A stretch of 54,374 nt of DNA from a virus (IMGVR_UViG_3300008963_000004:1-54374); one strand, 5' to 3'; positions 10,181 to 20,635 are shown, counted from the stretch's first letter. Program-made: numbers and translations. Notes: generated by a model not told the origin, from the sequence alone.

Positions 10181-11512
10181 ATGTCATATTTCTCTAAATA
10201 TCTAAATTTTTTTAACGGTGACAAAGGTATATTAGGCGATTATACCCACGCATCAGATTTGTATATTCGTAATAATTTAAGACTTGCTCCTAAAACTAAA
10301 TTTTTATATCATGTAGTCTTTGATATCAATGCTAATGCTATTAACAGTTTAGGCAGAAGTGTAGCAGGGGTGTTAGATACTAGAGAGTTTAATTTGTTAG
10401 TACAATCTGTTGAACTGCCCAGTTTTAGTGCAGATGTAGACACTAAAAATCAATACAATAGAAAGAGATTAATACAAACTAAATTTAATTACGAACCTAC
10501 AACATTAAATTTCCATGATGATAATGCAGGCTTAACTACTCTGCTATGGGAATCATATTTTAGATATTATTCACAGGATCCTAATTATGCAAGATTAGAC
10601 AGTACAGGAAATCCTTCTACAACTGTGCCTAGCAGTTACAGCAAAAATCCAGATAATATCTATGCAGGTGAAAACTCCAATAGATTTAGATACGGTTTAG
10701 ACAGATCAAGAATTACTAATGCACCTTTTTTTAATAGTATTACAGTATATCAGTTGCATCCGCAAAATATAAAAAGCACATTTACTAGTTTTACACTGAT
10801 AAATCCTTTAATTATTAGTTTGCAGCATGATCAAATGGATCAAGATGTTAACGGATTTTCAAAAACAACAATGCGTATTCAATACGAAAATGTAATCTAT
10901 GGAAGAGGATTAACTGACAGAGATAATCCTGCCGGATTTGCTAATCCTGATCACTATGATGTAACACCAAGTCCGTTGCAATCAAATTCTCCAATTGAAT
11001 CGCTGTCAGGATTAGAATCACTAATTGGTCTCTTTTCAAGTCTCTTTAACGATGAAAGATCTGCTAATTTTATACAAGCTCAGCTTAATACTGATCGGCG
11101 TTTGGCCAAGGGTGTTCCAAGTGTTATTGATACACAACAGCAGAGATTGTTACAACAACAAGAGAGCAGTCAACGATTACCTGAAAATATAGTAATTAAC
11201 AAAAGTGTAAATAATTCTGTTACGGTGTCTACACAAGCAGATGTAGATATTGTAAATAATTTATTTGTTCAGCCTACTAGACAAGCACAAAATATTTTAG
11301 AAGAAAATCAAATTGCAAGACAAAATTTTGCATTTTTTAGTGCAACTATAAATGATCCAGGAGTAAATGAATTATTACCTAGTCAATTTCCGACAAATGG
11401 AAATTTTCAAGATAAACGTGCGGCATGGAATGAATTGCCTGACAGTTTAAAAGAAAACATAGGTAATTATGCTGCTGAAAATTTTGTCGAAATAAGGAGT
11501 AAATTTAGATGA
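10181..11512 (+). CDS. Tail tube-like baseplate/tube-initiator protein
   Basis: LVQSVELPSF, NQYNRKR, YEP.TL.FHDDN, TLINP.I. Start moved to ATG 10181, just after the late box. Confidence 0.55.
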   Translation: MSYFSKYLNFFNGDKGILGDYTHASDLYIRNNLRLAPKTKFLYHVVFDINANAINSLGRSVAGVLDTREFNLLVQSVELPSFSADVDTKNQYNRKRLIQTKFNYEPTTLNFHDDNAGLTTLLWESYFRYYSQDPNYARLDSTGNPSTTVPSSYSKNPDNIYAGENSNRFRYGLDRSRITNAPFFNSITVYQLHPQNIKSTFTSFTLINPLIISLQHDQMDQDVNGFSKTTMRIQYENVIYGRGLTDRDNPAGFANPDHYDVTPSPLQSNSPIESLSGLESLIGLFSSLFNDERSANFIQAQLNTDRRLAKGVPSVIDTQQQRLLQQQESSQRLPENIVINKSVNNSVTVSTQADVDIVNNLFVQPTRQAQNILEENQIARQNFAFFSATINDPGVNELLPSQFPTNGNFQDKRAAWNELPDSLKENIGNYAAENFVEIRSKFR

Positions 11513-11883
11513 GCTCAATCAACAGCGAGAGTATCGATCAAAAACAAGACAGTGCATCTGAAGTAAAAGAATTTTTTGACAAATATCTAGTTAAAAAAAT
11601 CAGTTTAACCAGTAATCAAGTTAATTCAGTAATCGGTTTTTTTGAAAAAAGAGGTTTTGGCAAACAAAGTGCTATTGCAATTTCTACAGTGCTATTACAA
11701 CAGGCAGACGTAGACGGAGTTAATGTATTTAAATTATTAGATACATTAAAAGGGTTAAACGAAGTACAACTTAATAATCTTGTGTCTACAATATTAAATT
11801 CCAATAGGAGTAGATTCAGTAGCATTGGATATCGCACAAATCTGCCTGCACAAACCAGAGAACAGAGAAATATACGAGTATAA
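11509..11883 (+). CDS. Hypothetical protein
   Basis: Coupled ORF in the structural operon. Confidence 0.6.
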   Translation: MSSINSESIDQKQDSASEVKEFFDKYLVKKISLTSNQVNSVIGFFEKRGFGKQSAIAISTVLLQQADVDGVNVFKLLDTLKGLNEVQLNNLVSTILNSNRSRFSSIGYRTNLPAQTREQRNIRV

Positions 11884-12320
11884 TGGCACAATTTGCACAA
11901 GGAAAATACACATTAAAAAATCCTGACAAATATATAGGAAACAAAACTCCTACATATCGCAGTGGTTGGGAATTTGCTTTTATGAGGTTTTGTGACAATA
12001 ACGAATATATAACAAAATGGGCCAGCGAAGCAATACGTATTCCTTATAGAAATCCTTTATCAGGAAAATATACAATATATGTACCAGACTTTTTTATAGT
12101 TTATGTTGATCGTAATAACAAACAGCATGTAGAGCTAATTGAAGTTAAACCAGCTAATCAAACTATTAAAGAAAAAGTAGGAAAAAGCAAAGTAAATCAA
12201 GCACATTGGATTGTAAATCAAGCTAAATGGCAAGCTGCTAGAGAATATTGTCAACAAAAAGGAATGGTTTTTAGAATTGTAAACGAAGGTGATATTTTTC
12301 ATCAAGGAAGACGTAGATAA
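11883..12320 (+). CDS. Head completion nuclease (T4 gp4 / TnsA-like)
   Basis: NPDKYIG, YRSGWE, WASE, YVPDF, IEVKP, NQAKW.AA. Confidence 0.9.
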   Translation: MAQFAQGKYTLKNPDKYIGNKTPTYRSGWEFAFMRFCDNNEYITKWASEAIRIPYRNPLSGKYTIYVPDFFIVYVDRNNKQHVELIEVKPANQTIKEKVGKSKVNQAHWIVNQAKWQAAREYCQQKGMVFRIVNEGDIFHQGRRR

Positions 12321-12349
12321 ATAATATTAGTGTATAATGGAAATCACAT

Positions 12350-12829
12350 ATGACAAAAAATTTAGAAAACATGCTTAATCTTCCAGAAGATAATAAAAAA
12401 CAAAAAAAATCAACACCTGATGTAGAGCAACATGAATCCACTTTTAGAGACATTGCTGAATTTGATAAAATTAGTAATGCATTGCCTGCTGTAAAAGGTC
12501 TTGGTGATATGGCAGACAATGAACTTAACGAAGTAGCCGATAAAGCAATGACTGCATACGATGATTTAATGGATCTAGGAATGAATGTGGAAGCACGTTA
12601 TAGCGGCAGAGTTTTTGAAGTAGCCGGAACAATGTTAAAAACTGGTCTTGATGCTAAAGTTGCAAAACTGGATAAAAAACTAAAAATGGTCGAATTACAA
12701 CTTAAAAAAGAAAAACAGGACAAAGATTCATCAAAAAGTCCAGGCGGTATTCAAGAAGGCGATGGTTATATAGTCAGTGATAGAAACAGCTTGCTCGAAC
12801 AGCTAAAAGGCATTGATAAAGATAAATAG
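12350..12829 (+). CDS. Possible terminase small subunit
   Basis: Helical, R.FEVAG.MLK, C-terminal DRNSLL; upstream of TerL. Inference. Confidence 0.45.
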   Translation: MTKNLENMLNLPEDNKKQKKSTPDVEQHESTFRDIAEFDKISNALPAVKGLGDMADNELNEVADKAMTAYDDLMDLGMNVEARYSGRVFEVAGTMLKTGLDAKVAKLDKKLKMVELQLKKEKQDKDSSKSPGGIQEGDGYIVSDRNSLLEQLKGIDKDK

Positions 12830-12849
12830 TACTATATTAGGAATTTATT

Positions 12850-13413
12850 ATGAAAAGTTTTATTGATTTTTTAGCCGAAAGTAAAAAAACATATGAATTT
12901 AAAATCGGTGTTGCAGGAGAATTACCTGAAGAATTCACTGATCATATGGAAACTGCACTACAAAAATTTGGTATACAAAAATTATCTCCGGGTAAAAAAA
13001 CACCAATTCAAGAAAGACCGCTGGATTTCCCTCAATTGCAAAATATGGAAGTTACTTATTATCAAGCTGAAGTTACATATCCAACTACACCTCATGTATT
13101 ACAGGAATACATAGGAAATGTGTGCGGAGTAGAACGCAGCCATGTTATCGTAAGATCACCAGATGAACCACAAGAACTATATCAAGAGGATCAAAGTGAT
13201 ACAGATGAAACATATGAAGTTAAATTGACCAAAGAAGAATTAGAAGGTATCAGTGCTCAGGAAAGTGTCGGCGAAGATAGAGTTATGAATTTATTAAAAG
13301 AGCTAGAATCTGCAAGAAAAGAAAATACTGTTGATCCAACAAAAGATGTTAAATCAGGTGAAAGCAAAGACATAGGTGATACTCAAAATACAAAAAGCAC
13401 ACTAGGAGCGTAA
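12850..13413 (+). CDS. Hypothetical virion protein
   Basis: MKSFIDFLAES N-terminus typical of T4-like head proteins; late box upstream. Confidence 0.55.
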   Translation: MKSFIDFLAESKKTYEFKIGVAGELPEEFTDHMETALQKFGIQKLSPGKKTPIQERPLDFPQLQNMEVTYYQAEVTYPTTPHVLQEYIGNVCGVERSHVIVRSPDEPQELYQEDQSDTDETYEVKLTKEELEGISAQESVGEDRVMNLLKELESARKENTVDPTKDVKSGESKDIGDTQNTKSTLGA

Positions 13414-13414
13414 A

Positions 13415-15124
13415 ATGAAAATTTCAGAAGTCAAAATTGTGCTAGAGAATCCACAATTTAACAGAGAAATTCGCAATCAAATTAGAGAGTTACGCAATCA
13501 ATTTCCCAGAGGATCTGATGAACGAACTCGGTTGAATAACTATATGAATAGTATCAGAAGAACTACTCCTTCTGAAATAACTCGCGAGTATGCTAGACTA
13601 GCTATGGAAAGAGACTATACTCCAGACACTTCTTTGAGTAGCGCCGATGAAGTATGGAATCAAATTAGAGATGCACGTAATGAATTACCTAGGAGGTCTG
13701 ACGAACGTGTTCGATTGAGCAATATTATGAATCGAATCAATAGAGAAACTACTCCTCCGGAAATAGCTGCAATGTGGCTTGATCGCGCTGGTCTAGGTGG
13801 AAATCAAACACCAGACCCAGATGCTGATGATCCACGAGGACGTGATCAAAGAGATGTACCTGCACAGCAACAGAGTGGCGATCTGACACCAGACCCAGAT
13901 GCTGATGATCCACGAGGACGTGATCAAAGAGATGTACCTGCACAGCAACAGAGTGGCGATTCGACACCAGACCCGGATGCCAGTGTTACACGCCGCCCTC
14001 CAACTAGACCCGGTCAAGAGCGCAGCGGACCGAGATTAGATCAAGTTAGAAGAAATTTACAACGTGGCAGCAGAGGTCAAGCAGTTAGAGTTGTTCAGCA
14101 AGCATTAGGTATTCCTGCCGATGGCATTTTTGGTCCGCAAACACAGCGTGCGGTAAGACAATTTCAACAAAATAATGGGCTACAAGTCGATGGTATAGTA
14201 GGACGACAAACACTTGCAGCATTAAGAAACTTTGCGCAATCCGGTAATGTCGGAAATGTTGATGTTACTCCGGGAAGAATAAGTGCAGCACCGCAAACCA
14301 GTCGTAGACCACAACAAAGACCAACGCAAAATTCAAGCAAAATAAACAATGGTCCTTTACTAGCAGAAAGCAATAATAACATGAGCAATATATCAAGAAT
14401 ACTAGAATTAGCCGGAACAAACAAAAAATCACTTAATGAATCACAATCGTTGGAAGAATGTCCACCAATGGAAGCCGGCACTGTGTCAGATAGCACAGGC
14501 TCTCCTGTTACAATGAATGTGAATTTGTCAGCATCAGGCAAAGAACACGTTGACGATTTGCTATCAATGATGAAAGCAGCAGGACTAAACAGTGCAGAGC
14601 CAGTATCCTCTAAAACTATTTCACAGATGCCTGACTTAGAACCTTGTCCTATATGTGATAAAATGCACGATCCAGAAACTGGAGGATGTTCATCTGATAG
14701 TTCAGAAATGGGCGATTATATAAGAATGTTATCTCAAGAAGCCGAAGAGGACGGCGGTTTTGAAGATGCTACTACAGAACCAGATGAAGAATACAGTGAT
14801 ATAAGTGCTAGTATACCCAGCGGGGATGATTTAAATAGAAGCAAAAAGCCTTATTCGCCAACCGACGGCGGCGATAATCCAATGGCACTGGAACAACAAA
14901 TTAAAAATAAATTAGCAGCAGCACTTGCTGAAAAAAAAGCAAAACCAGATTATATCGATTTAGATGGAGACGGCGACACCAAAGAGCCAATGAAAAAAGC
15001 TGCCAAGGATGCAGAGGACAAAGAAGTCAGCGAAGACGACGACGATCCATGCTGGAAAAACTATAAGATGGTAGGAACTAAAAAGAAAAATGGCAAAGAA
15101 GTTCCTAACTGTGTTCCTAAATAA
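13415..15124 (+). CDS. Mosaic virion protein with peptidoglycan-binding domain
   Basis: LQRGSRG.AV..VQQALG..ADGIFGPQT..AV..FQ..NGL.VDGIVG..T (PG_binding_1-like); C-terminal KPDYIDLDGDGD and CWKNYKMVG.KKKNGKEVPNCVP. Confidence 0.75.
   Translation: MKISEVKIVLENPQFNREIRNQIRELRNQFPRGSDERTRLNNYMNSIRRTTPSEITREYARLAMERDYTPDTSLSSADEVWNQIRDARNELPRRSDERVRLSNIMNRINRETTPPEIAAMWLDRAGLGGNQTPDPDADDPRGRDQRDVPAQQQSGDLTPDPDADDPRGRDQRDVPAQQQSGDSTPDPDASVTRRPPTRPGQERSGPRLDQVRRNLQRGSRGQAVRVVQQALGIPADGIFGPQTQRAVRQFQQNNGLQVDGIVGRQTLAALRNFAQSGNVGNVDVTPGRISAAPQTSRRPQQRPTQNSSKINNGPLLAESNNNMSNISRILELAGTNKKSLNESQSLEECPPMEAGTVSDSTGSPVTMNVNLSASGKEHVDDLLSMMKAAGLNSAEPVSSKTISQMPDLEPCPICDKMHDPETGGCSSDSSEMGDYIRMLSQEAEEDGGFEDATTEPDEEYSDISASIPSGDDLNRSKKPYSPTDGGDNPMALEQQIKNKLAAALAEKKAKPDYIDLDGDGDTKEPMKKAAKDAEDKEVSEDDDDPCWKNYKMVGTKKKNGKEVPNCVPK
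13808..13980 (+). repeat. 78-bp in-frame tandem repeat (~2.2 copies)
   Basis: ACACCAGACCC.GATGC begins at 13808, 13886 and 13964. Confidence 0.95.
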
Positions 15125-15168
15125 TATCAATAGCACTACTCGACGCTGTTTTTTTGATAAGTATTGAT

Positions 15169-16749
15169 ATGAGTAAAAGTCTCGACGGGGTATTAACAAA
15201 AAAAGCAAATCAACAGGAAACATACACAGAACAGCAGATTGAAGACCTTGTTAAGTGTATGGATCCTGATGATGGATATATGTATTTTTCAAAAAAATTT
15301 GCATATATACAACATCCAGTTAAAGGAAAACTGTTGTTTGAACCTTTTGAATATCAAGAAAGGTTAATGCATAGTTATCACAATTATCGTTTTAACATCA
15401 ATATGATGCCACGTCAAACAGGTAAGACAACATGCGCTGCTATCTATCTAGCTTGGTATGCTATGTTTCATCCTGATCAAACTATACTTATTGCTGCACA
15501 CAAATACACCGGGGCACAAGAAATTATGCAACGTGTACGTTATGTTTACGAATTGTGTCCAGATCACATTCGTGCTGGTGTTATCAGTTATAACAAAGGT
15601 TCAATAGATTTTGAAAATGGCAGTAGAATTATAAGTCAAACAACCACAGGCACTACTGGACGTGGTTTATCAATCTCTTTGTTATACTGCGACGAGTTTG
15701 CATTTGTACAACCTAACATTGCAGATGAATTTTGGACTTCAATATCGCCAACATTGGCAACAGGCGGTAAAGCTATTATTACCAGTACACCTAACAGCGA
15801 CGAAGACACATTTGCTCAAATTTGGAAACAAGCTGAAGACCGTTTTGATGAACATGGAAACGAATCACAAACAGGAAGAAATGGGTTTCATGCATTTAGA
15901 GCACACTGGAAAGAACATCCAGACAGAGACGACGAATGGATGAAAGCTGAAATAGGACGAATAGGCGAGGAAAGATTTAAACGTGAATACGAATGTGAAT
16001 TCCTAGTTTTTGATGAAACACTGATCAATAGTATAAAATTGGCAGAAATGGAAGGCATTGACCCACAGATGCACATGGGTCAAGTTCGCTGGTATAAAAA
16101 ACCGGACCCTCGTAAAAGTTATGTAGTTGCACTTGATCCTAGTATGGGCACAGGCGGTGATTTTTCAGCTATACAAGTATTAGAACTGCCTACCTACGAA
16201 CAAGTTGCTGAGTGGCAACATAATCAAACTGCAATACCAGGACAAATAAGAATACTAAGAGATATTTGCAGTTATCTTAAAGAAGTTTTAAAAACAGACA
16301 CCAGTATATATTGGAGTGTTGAAAATAACGGTCTAGGAGAAGCAGCACTGTTGGTTATACAAGATTTCGGTGAAGAAAATATTCCAGGATTGTTTATTAG
16401 CGAACCCATACGTAAAGGTCATGTAAGAAAATTTAGAAAAGGATTTAATACCACACATGGTAGTAAAACTACTACTTGTGCAAGATTAAAAACCATGGTA
16501 GAAAACAATCAAATTATATTACACAGTAAACCATTGATAAGCGAATTAAAAGCATTTGTTGCTGCTGGTAGCAGTTTTCAGGCAAAGCAAGGTTATACGG
16601 ATGATTTGGTTAGTTCACTGCTTTTGGCACTGAGAATTATCAATATTATGAAAGACTGGGATATAAATGTGTATAACACGTTTACACAAATAGAATTAGA
16701 AGACGATTATGAACCACCGATGCCAATATTTGTAAGTTCAAAATATTGA
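15169..16749 (+). CDS. terL: Terminase large subunit (gp17-like)
   Basis: MPRQTGKT Walker A, LLYCDEFAF Walker B, ITSTPN, ALDPSMG and DDLV nuclease motifs. Confidence 0.95.
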   Translation: MSKSLDGVLTKKANQQETYTEQQIEDLVKCMDPDDGYMYFSKKFAYIQHPVKGKLLFEPFEYQERLMHSYHNYRFNINMMPRQTGKTTCAAIYLAWYAMFHPDQTILIAAHKYTGAQEIMQRVRYVYELCPDHIRAGVISYNKGSIDFENGSRIISQTTTGTTGRGLSISLLYCDEFAFVQPNIADEFWTSISPTLATGGKAIITSTPNSDEDTFAQIWKQAEDRFDEHGNESQTGRNGFHAFRAHWKEHPDRDDEWMKAEIGRIGEERFKREYECEFLVFDETLINSIKLAEMEGIDPQMHMGQVRWYKKPDPRKSYVVALDPSMGTGGDFSAIQVLELPTYEQVAEWQHNQTAIPGQIRILRDICSYLKEVLKTDTSIYWSVENNGLGEAALLVIQDFGEENIPGLFISEPIRKGHVRKFRKGFNTTHGSKTTTCARLKTMVENNQIILHSKPLISELKAFVAAGSSFQAKQGYTDDLVSSLLLALRIINIMKDWDINVYNTFTQIELEDDYEPPMPIFVSSKY

Positions 16750-16762
16750 TAAATAAAATACA

Positions 16763-19357
16763 ATGATTAAACTAGACGTAATAGCTGAAGAATTGTTTAA
16801 TAAAATTCGCACTCGCTTTCCTGAAGTAACTCTTGGCGATAGCGACGGAACAATAACCAATGAACCTTCTCAAGCAAGATTTTTAGATTTTAAATATGTA
16901 ATCGGTGATGATAAAAATTTAGGAAATGTAAGTATAAGTCTTGACGAAGAAGATGGAATGACTTTAATTTTCAGTAAAGATATAGTCGACGAAGCTTATG
17001 GTGTTGCTAAAGATCATTGGTATAATTTTTTAAAAGATATGCGTAGATTTAGCAAAAAACGTCTAATGAAATTTGAAGTAAGAGATATTAATAGATCAAA
17101 TCTAACCAAAAGAGATTATCAATTTTTAGCACAAAACCGTCCTGGAGATAGAGCAATGGCTGAATCAAGAATGTATGGCACATCAAAAACAAGTTATCAA
17201 AAAATTGGCAATGCTAGATTAGCAATTAAGCACAGTGCACCAATAAACAACGAAAGTGCCAATGGTAGAACACAAAAAATTAAAAGTATATATGTAGAAT
17301 CACCGGATGGCGAAAGATTTAAGTTTCCTTACAAGCATCTCAGTGGTGCTAGAGCAATGGCTAGACATGTCAGCGAAGGCGGTACTGCATACGATGAGTT
17401 TGGTAAGCATATCAGTAGTTTAAGTGAAGAACTTGGCAAACTAAGAAAGTTTAATCAATACTTAACAAAAAACAGCGTAATGGCTGAAACATTAAATGAC
17501 TATACTGGTGTTGTAAAAGAACGTGTTGAAGAAATTAAAAAAGAAATATCAAAGTTGCAAAAAGAATCTTATTATAAAGAGGCATTTGAATCATTTGAAC
17601 CAAAAAGTTTTAGTGAGGTTCCAAAAGACGTCGAAGAAACTTGGATAGATCAACTTACTATTAAACAATTTAATGAAGAACTCAAAGATATTTTTCCTTA
17701 TGTGTATAATCTCATAGGTGAAAAATACATACAAGAAGTGACACTGGAAGATGTTATAAACGAAAATAATACAAAAACACACACAGTGTCTCGTGGCGAG
17801 ACAGTGTATAGCATTGCAAAACAATATGGCGTATCAGTTGAAGACGTAATCGAAGTAAACAATCTAGACGACAGGGCCACTATATATCCAGGACAAGATT
17901 TAGTAATACCAGTACAAATAGGCGCAGGTGCAACAAGAGAACTTTCTCCGTCAGGACAGCCCACTGGCAGCACACGAGGTGTAAATCCTATGGAAGAATT
18001 TGAAAATATCATGAACAGCATTGTAGAACATTTTGTAGAAGACACTGTTGAACATGGGCAACTTTATGTAAAATTTAGACCTAAAAAGACTCCAGGTGCT
18101 ACAGGCGGCATGGAGTATCTTACAGGATTTGCAGACTTTGCTCAGGATCCTGCACAGGTAAAAGAAAAGACAGCATTACGAAAATTTACAACACTTAATA
18201 GCATGGAAAATATAGCAAATGCTATCAAAAAGATGATGAACGACGAAACATTTGTTTCAGCAAAGCAGATTGTTCTTTATAGAGATAGGCCAGGATTAGA
18301 AAAGAAACATCCACATTTAGAGGAATTTTACAATTGGATTGAAACCAGCTATACGGGTGATAAAATTAAAATTGAAGAACCAGCAGAAGATCTAGACAAA
18401 CCTGAAAGAGAAAAGGGCGCTGGCAAAAAAAGACTTCCAAAAGGACATGCAGCTTCAGGAGAAATGGATGTTACGGCTCCTGAAAAGAAAATGACTCGTT
18501 ATTTTTCTATCGATAATGATAGACTTTTAGATTTTTTAAGAAAACAAATGCCAGATTTTATGAACAAACATTACAGAGCTAACATAAAAATGTTTGTAAT
18601 GAACGATCGAGATTATCGTCAGTTTGAGAAATTTTTACAATCTGAAAAAGTTGTAGATAATTATGGTCCAACTAACATTGATGTTGATCAGGAACGTAGT
18701 TTTTCCGAAGATACCCACAGTGAATCCCCTGACACAATGTCATCTGAGAAAGAAAGTAAAACACCACTAGGCGAATTTGAAAATATCATGAACAGCATTG
18801 TAGAACATTTTGTAGAAGACACTGTTGAACATGGGCAACTATTTGAAAACACAAACAATATTATACAACCAACTAGTTTATCACCTAGAGAGTTACAACA
18901 ATTCAATAGGGCTGTAGACCAATGGTTAGCTACTCGTCCATGGAGCATGGATGTAGATGAATTAAACCAAATAGTTGATTTTTTTAATCGTGCATCAAGA
19001 CTTAGCAAAACTCCTCCGCTTCTTCCAGCGGTTTTAGATTTCATTCAAAACCATCCAGGCAGAGATGCTCCAACTGAATCCCCTGACACAATGTCATCTG
19101 AGAAAGAAAGTAAAACACCACTGGGCGAATTTATTCTCAGTTATTTTGACAGAGAAACAGGACAATTTCCTAAAGGCCCAACAGCAGTACTTACTATGGT
19201 TGAAAAAGAGTACGGTGACAAATACGTATCGCATGCAAAAAACTTCATGGAAAAAGTTAACGATCTTGTTGCTAAAAAATCCGTATATAGCGAAAACAAA
19301 TCAAATAAAAAAACATCAGAAGTTGGTAGAATTTCAGCGTTAGCTGGATTAAAATGA
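16763..19357 (+). CDS. Large virion-associated protein with LysM domain and internal duplications
   Basis: HTVSRGETVYSIAKQYGVSVEDVIEVNNL...IYPGQDLVIP LysM; late box at 16748. Confidence 0.7.
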   Translation: MIKLDVIAEELFNKIRTRFPEVTLGDSDGTITNEPSQARFLDFKYVIGDDKNLGNVSISLDEEDGMTLIFSKDIVDEAYGVAKDHWYNFLKDMRRFSKKRLMKFEVRDINRSNLTKRDYQFLAQNRPGDRAMAESRMYGTSKTSYQKIGNARLAIKHSAPINNESANGRTQKIKSIYVESPDGERFKFPYKHLSGARAMARHVSEGGTAYDEFGKHISSLSEELGKLRKFNQYLTKNSVMAETLNDYTGVVKERVEEIKKEISKLQKESYYKEAFESFEPKSFSEVPKDVEETWIDQLTIKQFNEELKDIFPYVYNLIGEKYIQEVTLEDVINENNTKTHTVSRGETVYSIAKQYGVSVEDVIEVNNLDDRATIYPGQDLVIPVQIGAGATRELSPSGQPTGSTRGVNPMEEFENIMNSIVEHFVEDTVEHGQLYVKFRPKKTPGATGGMEYLTGFADFAQDPAQVKEKTALRKFTTLNSMENIANAIKKMMNDETFVSAKQIVLYRDRPGLEKKHPHLEEFYNWIETSYTGDKIKIEEPAEDLDKPEREKGAGKKRLPKGHAASGEMDVTAPEKKMTRYFSIDNDRLLDFLRKQMPDFMNKHYRANIKMFVMNDRDYRQFEKFLQSEKVVDNYGPTNIDVDQERSFSEDTHSESPDTMSSEKESKTPLGEFENIMNSIVEHFVEDTVEHGQLFENTNNIIQPTSLSPRELQQFNRAVDQWLATRPWSMDVDELNQIVDFFNRASRLSKTPPLLPAVLDFIQNHPGRDAPTESPDTMSSEKESKTPLGEFILSYFDRETGQFPKGPTAVLTMVEKEYGDKYVSHAKNFMEKVNDLVAKKSVYSENKSNKKTSEVGRISALAGLK
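17996..18840 (+). repeat. 68-bp perfect direct repeat A (17996-18063, 18773-18840)
   Basis: Encodes EFENIMNSIVEHFVEDTVEHGQL twice. Confidence 0.95.
18721..19132 (+). repeat. 58-bp direct repeat B (18721-18778, 19075-19132; 1 mismatch)
   Basis: Encodes ESPDTMSSEKESKTPLGEF twice. Confidence 0.95.
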
Positions 19358-19463
19358 CATGATCACTTATCAAAACCAAAACACTATATATTAGCTGACC
19401 AGTTGGATAACTGGATTAGACATAATAAACGTATAGATTTTGACAAATTTAATAAAAAATAAA

Positions 19464-19492
19464 TTGACAAGATAAATAATATTGTGTAGTAT
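19464..19492 (+). promoter_or_regulatory. Sigma70 promoter overlapping a late box, upstream of the SSB gene
   Basis: TTGACA-17-TAGTAT with GATAAATA inside the spacer. Confidence 0.65.
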
Positions 19493-19560
19493 TAACACAG
19501 TGCTGCACATATTAAGGCACAAAACACATAGAATTATAGGCAATAAAGGAGGCAAATACT

Positions 19561-20562
19561 ATGGCTAGTTTAGCAGAAATCAGAGCCAAGCTCAAAGAAC
19601 AGGAAACACGTTCACAAGGTGGTTCCACAGGTGGCGACAACGCAATTTACGCATTTTGGAATATGAAAGAAGGCGACCAGGCAACTATTCGTTTTCTTCC
19701 CGATGGAAACCCTGACAATACATTCTTTTGGGCAGAACGGTTAATGATTAAGTTGCCATTTGCAGGCATTAAAGGCGAAACTGATTCTCGTCCTGTACAA
19801 GTACAAATTCCTTGCATGGAAATGTATGGCGAAACCTGTAATATACTCAATGAAGTGCGTGGATGGTTCAAAGATCCTAGTCTCGAAGAAATGGGTCGTA
19901 AATATTGGAAAAAGCGCAGCTATATTTTCCAAGGCTTTGTTACAGAAAATCCTCTCACAGAAGATACAACTCCAGATAATCCAATACGTAGATTTATTAT
20001 CGGACCTCAAATTTTTCAACTTATTAAAGCAGCATTAATGGATCCAGATATGGAAGAATTGCCAACAGATTACACTGCTGGTGTTGATTTCCGTCTTTCA
20101 AAAGGTACCAAAGGTGGTTATGCTGACTACTCAACATCTAACTGGGCACGTCGTGAACGTCCTCTATCAGATGAAGAAATGTCAGCAATTAACACACATG
20201 GACTGTATAATCTAAGCGACTTCCTACCTAAAAAGCCTGAAGAAACAGCTATTAAAGTAATGCAAGAAATGTTTGAAGCAAGTGTTGACGGCGAACCATA
20301 CGATCCAGATCGTTGGAGTCAATATTTCCGTCCTGCAGGAATGGCAGCTAGAACTGGCGATCCGTCACAGACAGCAAGTCCGCAAGCAACTGCAACCAGT
20401 CAAAGTGCACCGACAACGACTGAAAACACTGTAGCAGAATCAACAAGTACACCAGCAGCTCAAGGCGCAACAGAATCAGCTTCAACTACTGATACTAACA
20501 CAAGCGACAATGCTGGCGTACAAAATGTGTTAGATTTAATTCGCTCTCGTCAGAACCAATAA
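19561..20562 (+). CDS. Single-stranded DNA-binding protein (gp32-like)
   Basis: ATIRFLP, YWKKRSY, G.DFRL.K..KGGYADYSTS, low-complexity tail; upstream of uvsX. Confidence 0.85.
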   Translation: MASLAEIRAKLKEQETRSQGGSTGGDNAIYAFWNMKEGDQATIRFLPDGNPDNTFFWAERLMIKLPFAGIKGETDSRPVQVQIPCMEMYGETCNILNEVRGWFKDPSLEEMGRKYWKKRSYIFQGFVTENPLTEDTTPDNPIRRFIIGPQIFQLIKAALMDPDMEELPTDYTAGVDFRLSKGTKGGYADYSTSNWARRERPLSDEEMSAINTHGLYNLSDFLPKKPEETAIKVMQEMFEASVDGEPYDPDRWSQYFRPAGMAARTGDPSQTASPQATATSQSAPTTTENTVAESTSTPAAQGATESASTTDTNTSDNAGVQNVLDLIRSRQNQ

Positions 20563-20570
20563 TCAACACA

Positions 20571-20608
20571 TGCAAAGGGTTGCATCTTGAATGCAACCCT
20601 TTGTATTT
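20571..20608 (+). terminator. Hairpin/terminator between SSB and uvsX
   Basis: TGCAAAGGGTTGCAT-cttga-ATGCAACCCTTTGTA. Confidence 0.65.
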
Positions 20609-20635
20609 ACAAGCTTTATATTTTAGGAGAAATTA

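Noticed and set aside
17996-19132. Diversity-generating retroelement TR/VR pair
   Set aside because: Only one mismatch across the repeats, both copies in frame in one gene, and no reverse transcriptase.
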